This document shows positions 49,501 to 62,030 of a stretch of 64,000 nucleotides of DNA, one piece after another. The first letter of the stretch is position 1. Each line of letters starts with the position of its first letter. The notes under the pieces were generated by a model. It was given only the letters and a program-made list of their open reading frames with translations, did not search any database and was not told where the DNA came from. Source of the DNA: Nemertoderma westbladi (Eukaryota > Animalia > Xenacoelomorpha); contig JAUCBJ010007551.1 in assembly GCA_032718475.1 (NCBI GenBank), positions 29,010-93,009 on the forward strand. Direction: 5' to 3'. The translations under genes were made by a program, and so were the position numbers.

Positions 49501-52500
49501 TTGGTGGGACACTGTCGGTATGTATGTAGACCTACTGTAGATTGGTGGGACATTGTCGGTATGTGTGTAGACCTACTGTAGATTGGTCGGACATTGTCGG
49601 TATGTGTGTGACCTACTGTAGATTGGTCGGACATTGTCGGTATGTATGTAGACCTACTGTAGATTGGTCGGACATTGTCGGTATGTATGTAGACCTACTG
49701 TAGATTGGTGGGACACTGTCGGTATGTATGTAGACCTACTGTAGATTGGTGGGACACTGTCGGTATGTATGTAGACCTACTGTAGATTGGTGGGACATTG
49801 TCGGTATGTGTGTAGATCTACTGTAGATTGGTGGGACACTGTCGGTATGTATGTAGACCTACTGTAGATTGGTGGGACATTGTCGGTATGTGTGTAGACC
49901 TACTGTAGATTGGTCGGACATTGACGGTATGTATGTAGACCTACTGTAGATTGGTGGGACATTGACGGTATGTATGTAGACCTACTGTAGATTGGTCGGA
50001 CATTGTCGGTATGTATGTAGACCTACTGTAGATTGGTGGGACATTGACGGTATGTATGTAGACCTACTGTAGATTGATGGAACATTGTCGGTATGTATGT
50101 AGACCTACTGTAGATTGGTGGGACATTGTCGGTATGTGTGTAGATCTACTGTAGATTGGTCGGACACTGTCGGTATGTATGTAGACCTACTGAAGATTGG
50201 TGGGACATTGTCGGTATGTGTGTAGATCTACTGTAGATTGGTCGGACATTGTCGGTATGTATGTAGACCTACTGTAGATTGGTGGGACACTGTCGGTATG
50301 TATGTAGACCTACTGTAGATTGGTCGAAATATTGTCGGTATGTATGTAGACCTACTGTAGATTGGTGGAACATTGTTGGTATGTATGTAGACCTACTGTA
50401 GATTGGTGGGACATTGTCGGTATGTGTGTAGATCTACTGTAGATTGGTCGGACACTGTCGGTATGTATGTAGACCTACTGAAGATTGGTGGGACATTGTC
50501 GGTATGTGTGTAGATCTACTGTAGATTGGTCGGACATTGTCGGTATGTATGTAGACCTACTGTAGATTGGTGGGACACTGTCGGTATGTATGTAGACCTA
50601 CTGTAGATTGGTCGAAATATTGTCGGTATGTATGTAGACATACTGTAGATTGGTGGAACACTGTCTGTATGTATATAGACCTACTGTAGATTGGTGGGAC
50701 ATTGTCGGTATGTATGTAGACCTACTGTAGATTGGTCGAAATATTGTCGGTATGTATGTAGACCTACTGTAGATTGGTCGGACATTGTCGGTATGTATGT
50801 AGACCTACTGTAGATTGGTCGGACATTGTCGGTATGTATGTAGACCTACTGTAGATTGGTGGGACATTGTCGGTATGTATGTAGACCTACTGTAGATTGG
50901 TGGGACATTGTCGGTATGTGTGTGACCTACTGTAGATTGGTGGGACACTGTCGGTATGTATGTAGACCTACTGTAGATTGGTGGGACATTGTCGGTATGT
51001 GTGTAGATCTACTGTAGATTGGTGGGACATTGTCGGTATGTGTGTGACCTACTGTAGATTGGTCGGACATTGTCGGTATGTATGTAGACCTACTGTAGAT
51101 TGGTGGGACACTGTCGGTATGTATATAGACCTACTGTAGATTGGTGGGACATTGTCGGGATGTTTGTAGACCTACTGTAGATTGGTCGGACATTGTCCGT
51201 ATGTGTGTAGACCTACTGTAGATTGGTCGGACATAGTCGGTTGTCGGTATTTATGTAGACCTACTGTAGATTGGTCGGACATTGTCGGTATGTATGTAGA
51301 CCTACTATAGATAGGTCGGACATTGTCGGTATGTATGTAGATCTACTGTAGATTGGTAGGACATTGTCGGTATGTATGTAGACCTACTGTAGATTAGTTG
51401 GACATTGTCGGTATGTATGTAGACCTACTATAGATAGGTCGGACATTGTCGGTATGTATGTAGATCTACTGTAGATTGGTCGGACATTGTCGGTATGTAT
51501 GTAGACCTACTATAGATAGGTCGGACATTGTCGGTATGTATGTAGATCTACTGTAGATTGGTAGGACATTGTCGGTATGTATGTAGACCTACTGTAGATT
51601 AGTTGGACATTGTCGGTATGTATGTAGACCTACTGTAGATTAGTTGGACACTGTCGGTATGTATGTAGACCTACTGTAGATTGGTCGGACATTGTCGGTA
51701 TGTATGTAGACCTACTATAGATTGGTCCCACATTGTCGGTATGTATGTAGACCTACTGTAGATTGGTCGGACATTGTCGGTATGTATGAAGACCTACTGT
51801 AGATTGGTGGGACATTGTCGGTATGTGTGTAGGTCTACTGTTGATTGATCGGACATTGTCGGTATGTATGTAGACCTCCTGTATTTTGGTCGGACATTGT
51901 CGGTATGTATGTACACCTACTATAGATAGGTCGGACATTGTCGGTATGTATGTAGATCTACTGTAGATTGGTAGGACATTGTCGGTATGTATGTAGACCT
52001 ACTGTAGATTAGTTGGACATTGTCGGTATGTATGTAGACCTACTGTATATTAGTTGGACATTGTCGGTATGTATGTATACCTACTGTAGATTGGTCGGAC
52101 ATTGTCGGTATGTATGTAGACCTACTATAGATTGGTCCCACATTGTCGGTATGTATGTAGACCTACTGTAGATTGGTCGGACATTGTCGGTATGTATGAA
52201 GACCTACTGTAGATTGGTGGGACATTGTCGGTATGTATGTAGACCTACTATAGATTGGTCCCACATTGTCGGTATGTATGTAGACCTACTGTAGATTGGT
52301 CGGACATTGTCGGTATGTATGAAGACCTACTGTAGATTGGTGGGACATTGTCGGTATGTATGAAGACCTACTGTAGATTGGTGGGACATTGTCGGTATGT
52401 GTGTAGACCTACTGTAGATTGGTCGGCATTGTCGGTATGTATGTAGACCTACTGTAAATTGGTCGGACATTGTCGGTATGTATGTAGACCTACTGTACAT

Positions 52501-53670
52501 CGGTGGAACATTGTCGGTATGTATGTAGACCTACTGTAGATTGGTCGGACATTGTCGGTATGTATGTAGACCTACTGTAGATTGGTCGGACATTGTCGGT
52601 ATGTGAGTAGATCTATTGTAGATTGGTTGGACATTGTCGGTATGTGTGTAGACAGACCTACTGTAGATTGGTCGGACATTGTCGGTTGTCGATATTTGTG
52701 TAGACCTACTGTAGATTGGTCGGACATTGTCGGTTGTCGATATTTGTGTAGACCTACTGTAGATTGGTTGGACATTGTCGGTATGTGTGTAGACCTACTG
52801 TAGATTGGTCGGACATTGTCGGTTGTCGATATTTGTGTAGACCTACTGTAGATTGGTCGGACATTGTCGGTTGTCGATATTTGTGTAGACCTACTGTAGA
52901 TTGGTTGGACATTGTCGGTATGTGTGTAGACAGACCTACTGTAGATTGGTCGGACATTGTCGGTTGTCGATATTTGTGTAGACCTACTGTAGATTGGTCG
53001 GACATTGTCGGTTGTCGATATTTGTGTAGACCTACTGTAGATTGGTCGGACATTGTCGGTTGTCGATATTTGTGTAGACCTACTGTAGATTGGTTGGACA
53101 TTGTCGGTATGTGTGTAGACCTACTGTAGATTGGTCGGACATTGTCGGTTGTCGATATTTGTGTAGACCTACTGTAGATTGGTCGGACATTGTCGGTTGT
53201 CGATATTTGTGTAGACCTACTGTAGATTGGTTGGACATTGTCGGTATGTGTGTAGACCTACTGTAGATTGGTCGGACATTGTCGGTTGTCGATATTTGTG
53301 TAGACCTACTGTAGATTGGTTGGACATTGTCGGTATGTGTGTAGACAGACCTACTGTAGATTGGTCGGACATTGTCGGTATGTATGTAGACCTACTGTAG
53401 ATTGGTCGTCTGACACTATCGGTATGTGTGTAGATCTATTGTAGATTGGTCGGACATTGTCGGTATGTATGTAGACCTACTGTAGATTGGTCGTCTGACA
53501 CTATCGGTATGTGTGTAGATCTATTGTAGTTTGGTCGGACATTCTCGGTATGTGTGTAGATCTATTGTAGATTGGTCAGACATTCTCGGTATGTGTGTAG
53601 GCCCACTTCAGATGTGTCAGATTCAGATATTGTCGGTAAGTATTTAGATCTACTGTAGATTGGTCGGATT
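40590..53670. repeat. 13-kb satellite with a 40/41-bp unit (GACCTACTGTAGATTGGTGGGACATTGTCGGTATGTATGTA)n, about 320 copies
   Basis: Continuous tandem units with regional variant blocks, for example a 48-bp TGTCGGT-duplicated variant at about 52660-53300. Confidence 0.98.
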
Positions 53671-54439
53671 GTAGTTTGGTTGATTACATCATAGTAATAC
53701 GCTATCAGAAAATAAAAGAAACGCCTCCTTTTCTTTTTTACCGGTAGGCCTACATATACTATATAATAGAAACTGCACACGGCGTTCGTTGCGTTATAAT
53801 GGTGCACCTGAGGAATGGCCTTGGCCTTTTTGTATCTGATCTACAATTTTAATCATTTCAAGTGTTTTAGATCCCCATATGCTATTCCTTGAAATAGATA
53901 CATACAATAGGCCCACATCAACAGTTTATAGTAGGCTATGTCACTCAAACAGTATTAGACATAATATTTGTCATTTAGCGATTTAGCCATACATTTTACT
54001 GTTGATTAACCTAATGCTTACTACATGTCGTCGCTTGGAGATTCGTTCCAACTCCAACCCAATAACAATTAGGGGGAACTTATTCAAGGTGCAGTAATTG
54101 CATTACTATATTGCTCTTCCTTATAATTATACACTATGCCTATACGCCCTATATTTATACCTGTAATAAATATATGACGAAATAGGACAATGGTGACGGT
54201 AAAGTGGTTATGTGTTCGAAACGCATTCTCGTTGATGATGTCACCTCGGTTTAGGACGTCTATCATAGATAATTACTTAGTTGTGATTGGCTATTATATT
54301 CGGGATTGCCTATGGTTGGCCCCCTACATATCCCACAATTGTAATGTATGTCTGTGACTACTGTACCATACCTACTGTATTATTGCTACAGTATAAACCC
54401 CTGGCCATTTGTGCCACTTTTTATTATTATTAATACGCT

Positions 54440-54841
54440 TGGATTTGTTGCCGATATAAGTCGACGAGGAAGGCCGAGTGTTTCAAACTATCACATAATA
54501 ATGCCAGTGCCAACTGCATTTATTGCAATTACAGAACACATTGCGTGCAGCATCATGAAAACCTAATAATCATGAAAGCCATATTAAAGTTCTGTTCAAG
54601 ATGGCTTTACGAACCTGTCTTACATAGACTCCAAGAAACAGATGGGATTGGAAGATGCAAACCAAGAATGACTTACATCAACCAAACAAACTGCCTCCCA
54701 TCTAATGTAATACTCAGTCGCCAAGGCAACAAATCACAATCACAATTAGTTCGATGTGTGAAATGTTATCCATATCCGCAACCTGAGAAACGGCCCAAAA
54801 GAGCAGTTTATTCTGCGGAGGGGTCCTTCTGTATTAGATAA
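54440..54841 (+). pseudogene. Possible piggyBac-like transposase C-terminal remnant
   Basis: Fragments ...RRGRPS... and VRCVKCYPYPQPEKRPKRAVY resemble the linker and start of the Cys-rich C-terminal domain; no catalytic core seen. Confidence 0.25.
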
Positions 54842-55984
54842 ATAAAATAAAGAACACATTATTTATACCTGATACATTCTCAGTTAGCCTAATAAAAAAC
54901 TTCGGGAGCAACCAATATAATGTACATGTATAAGGCTCCTATGTAAGTTTGTGAAATCTTCCATTACGTCTACCCAACAGCTGTTGGCACCCGGCTGGCA
55001 ACCTGGTTCATTAATGTACGTAATTCCAATTGACAATTAATTTGTGAAATGTTTTTCAGCTGTTGTGATTCTAGTTTACTGGTTTTACATTGACTATATG
55101 CTCGGGAATCAAAGTGTAGTTGTGGGTATTTAATTTCGCTTCAATAAGCTTCAATCACTGGAAGTAATTCCGTCGATATTTGGTTGAGGATCCGTTTGTA
55201 GCGGTCTCTTACTCGGTAGACCTGTCAACCAACCGATTAGGAGGGGCAACCGTAGACCGAGGAGAGACACGCCTAGTGGTCTCGTGATGACCCTAAGTAC
55301 GTGTAGCCCACCTACTGTACCTTGTGAAGCGGAGTTTCAAACAATATTATCTAGTATCTAGAATCATGACCTATACTATTATAGTAAGCTATGATGCTAG
55401 ATTGCTTTAACATACCTAATTATTCTTAATTAATTCTTTATTATTATTAATTTTCTACTTATCTATTATCATTTTTCTTTACAAGGGCCCCACCTTAGAA
55501 TTTTTAACTATAGAATGAAACCAATACGGTACAGTAAATGTCTATTATGTGTTTGTTTGTATAGCCTGTTCATACAAGTAGGCCTATCCCTTCTATAACA
55601 AAAACAACATTGTAATCACTAAGTGTGTTTGTCTTTACTGATTGTTTGGTAGTAGGTAACTGATGGACAAATAAGATTATATTAATGTTTCTACGTATTA
55701 TGGCCGATTGTATTTAAATGTTAAAATCCCCCACCAAACACGGCACACACAGGCTAATTAATGCCATCTACAACCGGCATTTACAACAACGATAAAACCA
55801 TATCAAATTGTTGTTGTAATGAAAGTATGAAATTATAAATAAATAAAATTAAATAAAAAAAGCACCGTAAATAAAATTACGGCTCTTAAAAGTTATTATA
55901 CAGCGGATCTGTATTTTTAGTAATAATATCAATGTATTAACATAATTTTTCACTTTACTAATTCTATAACATGATGTCCTGTTC

Positions 55985-56300
55985 CAAAATATAGATCTGG
56001 CGTAGCATCGTCCTATGACCTTCCTATTGGATGGGTGTGTATAAAGAAAGATGCTCCTCGTTGCACAGTCAAGGACAAAATGACACCAGAACATCGTGTA
56101 AGAAGTCAACCCTACCGCGTCCAAACTAAAGTTAATGAGAGTACCGGGGTAATAGTAGATCTGAAATGCAACGACTGTGTGGCCAGTAGTGCTGTTGGTG
56201 GTTGCATATGCGATGGCGTTAATATTTTAGTTATACAGAAAATGTACAGAAATTTCTATACTTGCACTCTCTGTTACTGGTCAGCATCTAAAATTTACAA
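55985..56300 (+). pseudogene. SWIM zinc-finger fragment of a SWIM-YqaJ exonuclease accessory protein (ISL2EU/Kolobok-type DNA transposon remnant)
   Basis: SYDLPIGWVCIKKDAPRCTVKDKMTPEHRVRSQPYRVQTKVNESTGVIVDLKCNDCVASSAVGGC...CTLCYW matches the recalled pattern SYGD.AIGYVQLKR...CTVK.KICPEHKV...Y.V...C.DC.AS.GGCKH...CT...CYW. Confidence 0.6.
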
Positions 56301-56677
56301 AATAAGGAACTGTAAAGAAAGAACTCCTATCACTGCAATTATAAAAAAGAGAAGTACAAAGAAACCAACTACCGGTTCCGACGGATTTAACGGAAAGACG
56401 ACTTAGCTATAACTGAGCTGTTCTAGAATTATTGTTAACTGTTTTCTGAAACTACCCGATTTTATGATGTTGCCAATTTTGCGTTTTAAAATCGCTATCG
56501 CCCGGTCAATATTATTTTTTTAAAATCTAGTAAAATTCTCTCTGGGTGTTTTTCACATGCTCTTTCACATGAAACCAACGAAAACTCTAAAAAAAATGTC
56601 AAGAGTCACCAACCCCATTAGTGAAACGTTAATAATTACCTAAGTACACCCTGACCCGTAATATTGTGTCATTTTCG

Positions 56678-58938
56678 AAATACAACTAGTTCAACTCACC
56701 GTCGATGTCGCCATGATGGGAAAAAATACAACTAGTTCAACTCACCGTCGATCTCCCCATGATGGGTAAAATACAACTAGTTCAACTCACCGTCGATGTC
56801 CCCATGATGGGTAAAATACAACTAGTTCAACTCACCGTCGATGTCGCCATGATGGGTAAAATACAACTAGTTCAACTCACCGTCGATGTCACCATGATGG
56901 GTAAAATACAACTAGTTCAACTCACCGTCGATGTCGCCATGATGGGTAAAATACAACTAGTTCAACTCACCGTCGATGTCGCCATGATGGGAAAAAATAC
57001 AACTAGTTCAACTCACCGTCGATGTCCCAATGATGGGTAAAATACAACTAGTTCAACTCACCGTCGATGTCGCCATGATGGGAAAAAATACAACTAGTTC
57101 AACTCACCGTCGATGTCCCCATGATGGGTAAAATACAACTAGTTCAACTCACCGTCGATGTCGCCATGATGGGAAAAAATACAACTAGTTCAACTCACCG
57201 TCGATGTCCCAATGATGGGTAAAATACAACTAGTTCAACTCACCGTCGATGTCGCCATGATGGGAAAAAATACAACTAGTTCAACTCACCGTCGATGTCC
57301 CCATGATGGGTAAAATACAACTAGTTCAACTCACCGTCGATGTCCCCATGATGGGTAAAATACAACTAGTTCAACTCACCGTCGATGTCCCCATGATGGG
57401 TAAAATACAACTAGTTCAACTCACCGTCGATGTCACCATGATGGGTAAAATACAACTAGTTCAACTCACCGTCGATGTCCCCATGATGGGTAAAATACAA
57501 CTAGTTCAACTCACCGTCGATGTCCCCATGATGGGTAAAATACAACTAGTTCAACTCACCGTCGATGTCGCCATGATGGGAAAAAATACAACTAGTTCAA
57601 CTCACCGTCGATGTCCCAATGATGGGTAAAATACAACTAGTTCAACTCACCGTCGATGTCGCCATGATGGGTAAAATACAACTAGTTCAACTCACCGTCG
57701 ATGTCGCCATGATGGGTAAAATACAACTAGTTCAACTCACCGTCGATGTCCCCATGATGGGTAAAATACAACTAGTTCAACTCACCGTCGATGTCCCCAT
57801 GATGGGTAAAATACAACTAGTTCAACTCACCGTCGATGTCCCCATGATGGGTAAAATACAACTAGTTCAACTCACCGTCGATGTCGCCATGATGGGTAAA
57901 ATACAACTAGTTCAACTCACCGTCGATGTCCCCATGATGGGTAAAATACAACTAGTTCAACTCACCGTCGATGTCACCATGATGGGTAAAATACAACTAG
58001 TTCAACTCACCGTCGATGTCCCCATGATGGGTAAAATACAACTAGTTCAACTCACCGTCGATGTCGCCATGATGGGTAAAATACAACTAGTTCAACTCAC
58101 CGTCGATGTCCCCATGATGGGTAAAATACAACTAGTTCAACTCACCGTCGATGTCACCATGATGGGTAAAATACAACTAGTTCAACTCACCGTCGATGTC
58201 CCCATGATGGGTAAAATACAACTAGTTCAACTCACCGTCGATGTCGCCATGATGGGTAAAATACAACTAGTTCAACTCACCGTCGATGTCGCCATGATGG
58301 GTAAAATACAACTAGTTCAACTCACCGTCGATGTCGCCATGATGGGTAAAATACAACTAGTTCAACTCACCGTCGATGTCCCCATGATGGGTAAAATACA
58401 ACTAGTTCAACTCACCGTCGATGTCGCCATGATGGGTAAAATACAACTAGTTCAACTCACCGTCGATGTCGCCATGATGGGTAAAATACAACTAGTTCAA
58501 CTCACCGTCGATGTCGCCATGATGGGTAAAATACAACTAGTTCAACTCACCGTCGATGTCCCAATGATGGGTAAAATACAACTAGTTCAACTCACCGTCG
58601 ATGTCCCAATGATGGGTAAAATACAACTAGTTCAACTCACCGTCGATGTCCCCATGATGGGTAAAATACAACTAGTTCAACTCACCGTCGATGTCCCCTT
58701 GATGGGTAAAATACAACTAGTTCAACTCACCGTCGATGTCGCCATGATGGGTAAAATACAACTAGTTCAACTCACCGTCGATGTCGCCATGATGGGTAAA
58801 ATACAACTAGTTCAACTCACCGTCGATGTCCCCTTGATGGGTAAAATACAACTAGTTCAACTCACCGTCGATGTCGCCATGATGGGTAAAATACAACTAG
58901 TTCAACTCACCGTCGATGTCCCAATGATGGGTAAAATA
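56678..58938. repeat. 45-bp minisatellite (AAATACAACTAGTTCAACTCACCGTCGATGTCVCCATGATGGGTA)n, about 50 copies
   Basis: Tandem units; a 46-bp variant occurs in the left part. Confidence 0.97.
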
Positions 58939-59106
58939 GACGTAAATAACAGAGATTATTTTTATTAATATTTATAAGCACCCTCAATTATAATATTGGA
59001 AGGGAGAATAATTACCAAGGTTAATACACAACACTAATAGGTGAAATTAAAATGGCTGACAAAATTACCGATAATATGTACATAGAAAAAAAATCAAAGG
59101 AAAACA

Positions 59107-59156
59107 CCAAACAAACAATACAAACAAACAATACAAACAAACAATACAAACAAACC
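59107..59156. repeat. 13-bp repeat (AAACAATACAAAC) x3-4
   Basis: Direct reading. Confidence 0.85.
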
Positions 59157-59209
59157 AGTACAAAAATTAATAAACAATTCTAATATATGAATGGGCACAA
59201 AGTAAAATC

Positions 59210-59406
59210 AATTAGGCGAATAACATGTCGAACTTACGAAACTTCATCAAATTACACGCAGGTAATTTATTATTAAAAATATTTGTATTTAAAGAAAGGA
59301 CAACATCCGTAGAGGGTAATGAATTCCAGATAGATCGACTGTAGGCGTGTCCTCGTGTGTTAAGAGGTTGGACAAAAAACGAAAAAATTATCATGTTTAG
59401 AAATAT
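59210..59406 (-). mobile_element. 3' end of a CR1/L2-type LINE (continuation of 62205-64000)
   Basis: NTRGH...IWNSLP..VV......FNNKL motif; joins in frame to LELRRIKFDLVATYKLINNHIFLN at 62205-62280 once the intervening insertion is removed. Confidence 0.75.
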
Positions 59407-59536
59407 AAAGAGATAATTGTATTTTATTTATTAATCAAAGCACGTTAAGTAAAAACCTTACCGGTAGGTGTGTCAGTGCCAAAGTATGTAAAAAACTAAA
59501 AAGCAACAAGACCTAGACGTTGCATGAAATCAGTGA

Positions 59537-60490
59537 TCAGCTGACGGCGTCCAGGTGTTCGGTAGGTTTCGCCCCGCAACTGAAGGCATTCTCAGGAGGC
59601 CAAGCCAGGAAATGTAGAGAGAGATTCCCAAAAGGGGACGGCAGGCAGACCGTAAACTTGCGCCAGTCACGTTTCTGCTTGTTGATAGCGGGCTTGCGTG
59701 TTTGGATGTAATGCATTTCAAGCTTTTGCAAGACTGGCCGCAATGGGTGTCTAGCAATTACAGTGAAATGTTTAAACAATTCACGCCAGTCAGTCAGCCA
59801 ACGTGTATTGGGCTCGCCGCGGTGCGTCATGATGTGGTTGTGCATAGTCTTACCCTGTTCGCTCCCATCCTTGGCCGTCCCATCCTGGTGCTGTCTAACG
59901 CGTTCAAACAAGTGTTGGATGGTGTGTCCAACATATTCCCCCTTAGAAGAGGGACAAGAGAAAGAGTAAACGACGTTAGACGCAAGGATTTCTGGGAGGG
60001 GTCTTTGATAGATGGGAGTGACTGGCGCAGTTTTGATGTTGTAAAAACAAACCGAACTGGCCGTGTGCAAGACCTGGGTATAAGACCACGTAACTTTCGA
60101 ACAAACAGATCAGTTGCCCGACCTCGGTACTCGAACTTACAGATAATAGGCTTAGAATCATCAGAAGCTGCCTGGTCGACCGGGTCAATGACCTCGGTGG
60201 GGACAGCTATTGGTGCCTCGCCCCCAGAACCATTGCCTGCACGCCCCCTAGCGGCTTGAACTACGGCTAGCTCATGCTCGACCATCGTATCAGTATATTG
60301 GGTATTGCTAAGAATATTCTTAGCATCCCCAAATACGGGTATAGAGTTGGGAACCATCCCCACCCTTGCTGACATTAAAGATGTGTTTAAATATACCACG
60401 AACTACACCGCGTTTGTAAGACCCAGGGGCACACGCAGTGGCATTGAGAACGAGCCCAGTATCTGTAGGCTTGCGGTACCACGCTGTTGA
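59537..60490 (-). pseudogene. Penelope-like ORF C-terminal part: RT thumb/linker plus GIY-YIG endonuclease (frameshifted)
   Basis: SNVVYSFSCPSSKGEYVGHTIQHLFERVRQH...HFTVIA...LEMHYIQTRKPAINKQ; upstream NILSNTQY and CKFEYRG...VRFVFTTSKLRQSLPSIKD lie in adjacent frames. Confidence 0.85.
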
Positions 60491-61557
60491 ACGAGCCCAG
60501 TATCTGTAGGCTTGCGGTACCACGCTGTTGAACGAGCACAGTATCTGTAGGCTTGCGGTACCACGCTGTTGAACGAGCCCAGTATCTGTAGGCTTGCGGT
60601 ACCACACCGTTGAACGAGCCCAGTATCTGTAGGCTTGCGGTACCACACCGTTGAACGAGCCCAGTATCTGTAGGCTTGCGGTACCACGCTGTTGAACGAG
60701 CCCAGTATCTGTAGGCTTGCGGTACCACGCTGTTGAACGAGCACAGTATCTGTAGGCTTGCGGTACCACGCTGTTGAACGAGCCCAGTATCTGTAGGCTT
60801 GCGGTACCACACCGTTGAACGAGCCCAGTATCTGTAGGCTTGCGTTACCACACCGTTGAACGAGCCCAGTATCTGTAGGCTTGCGGTACCACGCTGTTGA
60901 ACGAGCCCGGTATCTGTAGGCTTGCGGTACCACGCTGTTGAACGAGCCCAGTATCTGTAGGCTTGCGGTACCACACCGTTGAACGAGCCCAGTATCTGTA
61001 GGCTTGCGGTACCACACCGTTGAACGAGCCCAGTATCTGTAGGCTTGCGGTACCACACCGTTGAACGAGCCCAGTATCTGTAGGCTTGCGGTACTACGCT
61101 GTTGAACGAGCCCGGTATCTGTAGGCTTGCGGTGCCACGCTGTGGAACGAGCCCAGTATCTGTAGGCTTGCGGTACCACGCCGTTGAACGAGCCCAGTAT
61201 CTGTAGGCTTGCGGTACCACGCTGTTAAACGAGCCCAGTATCTGTAGGCTTGCGGTACCACGCTGTTGAACGAGCCCGGTATCTGTAGGCTTGCGGTGCC
61301 ACGCTGTGGAACGAGCCCAGTATCTGTAGGCTTGCGGTACCACGCCGTTGAACGAGCCCAGTATCTGTAGGCTTGCGGTACCACGCCGTTGAACGAGCCC
61401 AGTATCTGTAGGCTTGCGGTACCACGCTGTTAAACGAGCCCGGTATCTGTAGGCTTGCGGTGCCACGCTGTGGAACGAGCCCAGTATCTGTAGGCTTGCG
61501 GTACCACGCCGTTGAACGAGCCCAGTATCTGTAGGCTTGCGGTACCATGCTGTTGAA
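60448..61557. repeat. 41-bp minisatellite (GAACGAGCCCAGTATCTGTAGGCTTGCGGTACCACGCTGTT)n, about 27 copies, inside the Penelope-like ORF
   Basis: The unit is the reverse complement of the STAWYRKPTDTGLV coding stretch. Confidence 0.97.
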
Positions 61558-61994
61558 AGAGCATATATTTATCTTTATCTATCGGCGCCAGTCATTCTCG
61601 AAGTCAACTCAACTCAGTCAAACACCCCACCCCGGAAATCCTTGCGTCTAACGTAGTTTACTCTTTCTCTTGTCCCTCTTGTAAGGGGAATATGTTGGAC
61701 ACTTCATCCAACACTTGTTTGAACGCGTTAGATAGCACCAGGATGGGACACCCAATGAGTGGAGCGAACAGGGTAAGACTGTGCATAACCACATCATGAC
61801 GGACCGCGGCGAGCCCACTGCACTACACGTTGGCTGACTGACTGGCACGCAAGCCGGTTATCAACAAGCAGAAACGTGACTGGCGCAAGTTTACAGTGCT
61901 GCTTCCCAGTGGTTAGTTACAGTACAGACATATCTTAATTTTATTACCTGTTCCGTCCCCCTTTGGGAATCTCTCTCTACATTTCCTGGCTTGG

Positions 61995-62030
61995 CCTCCT
62001 GAGAATGCCTTCAGTTGCGGGGCGAAACCT
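61995..62030 (+). ncRNA. Hammerhead-ribozyme-like motif in the PLE terminal repeat (mirror copy at 59564-59598, minus)
   Basis: CTGAGAA-T-GCCTT-cagttgc-GGGGC-GAAAC: variant core boxes around a stem-loop, just after the GIY-YIG domain where PLE hammerheads normally lie; the core deviates from CUGANGA. Confidence 0.45.

Noticed and set aside
41522-53129. Many short ORFs in the 41-bp satellite
   Set aside because: Repeat translations broken by frequent stops.
57619-58968. 449-aa MMGKIQLVQLTVDV repeat protein
   Set aside because: A 45-bp unit is open by arithmetic, and 46-bp variants break the frame in the same array.
1-61557. CRISPR arrays (36-, 37- and 41-bp repeats)
   Set aside because: Units are head-to-tail with no unique spacers, there are no cas genes, and the context is eukaryotic.
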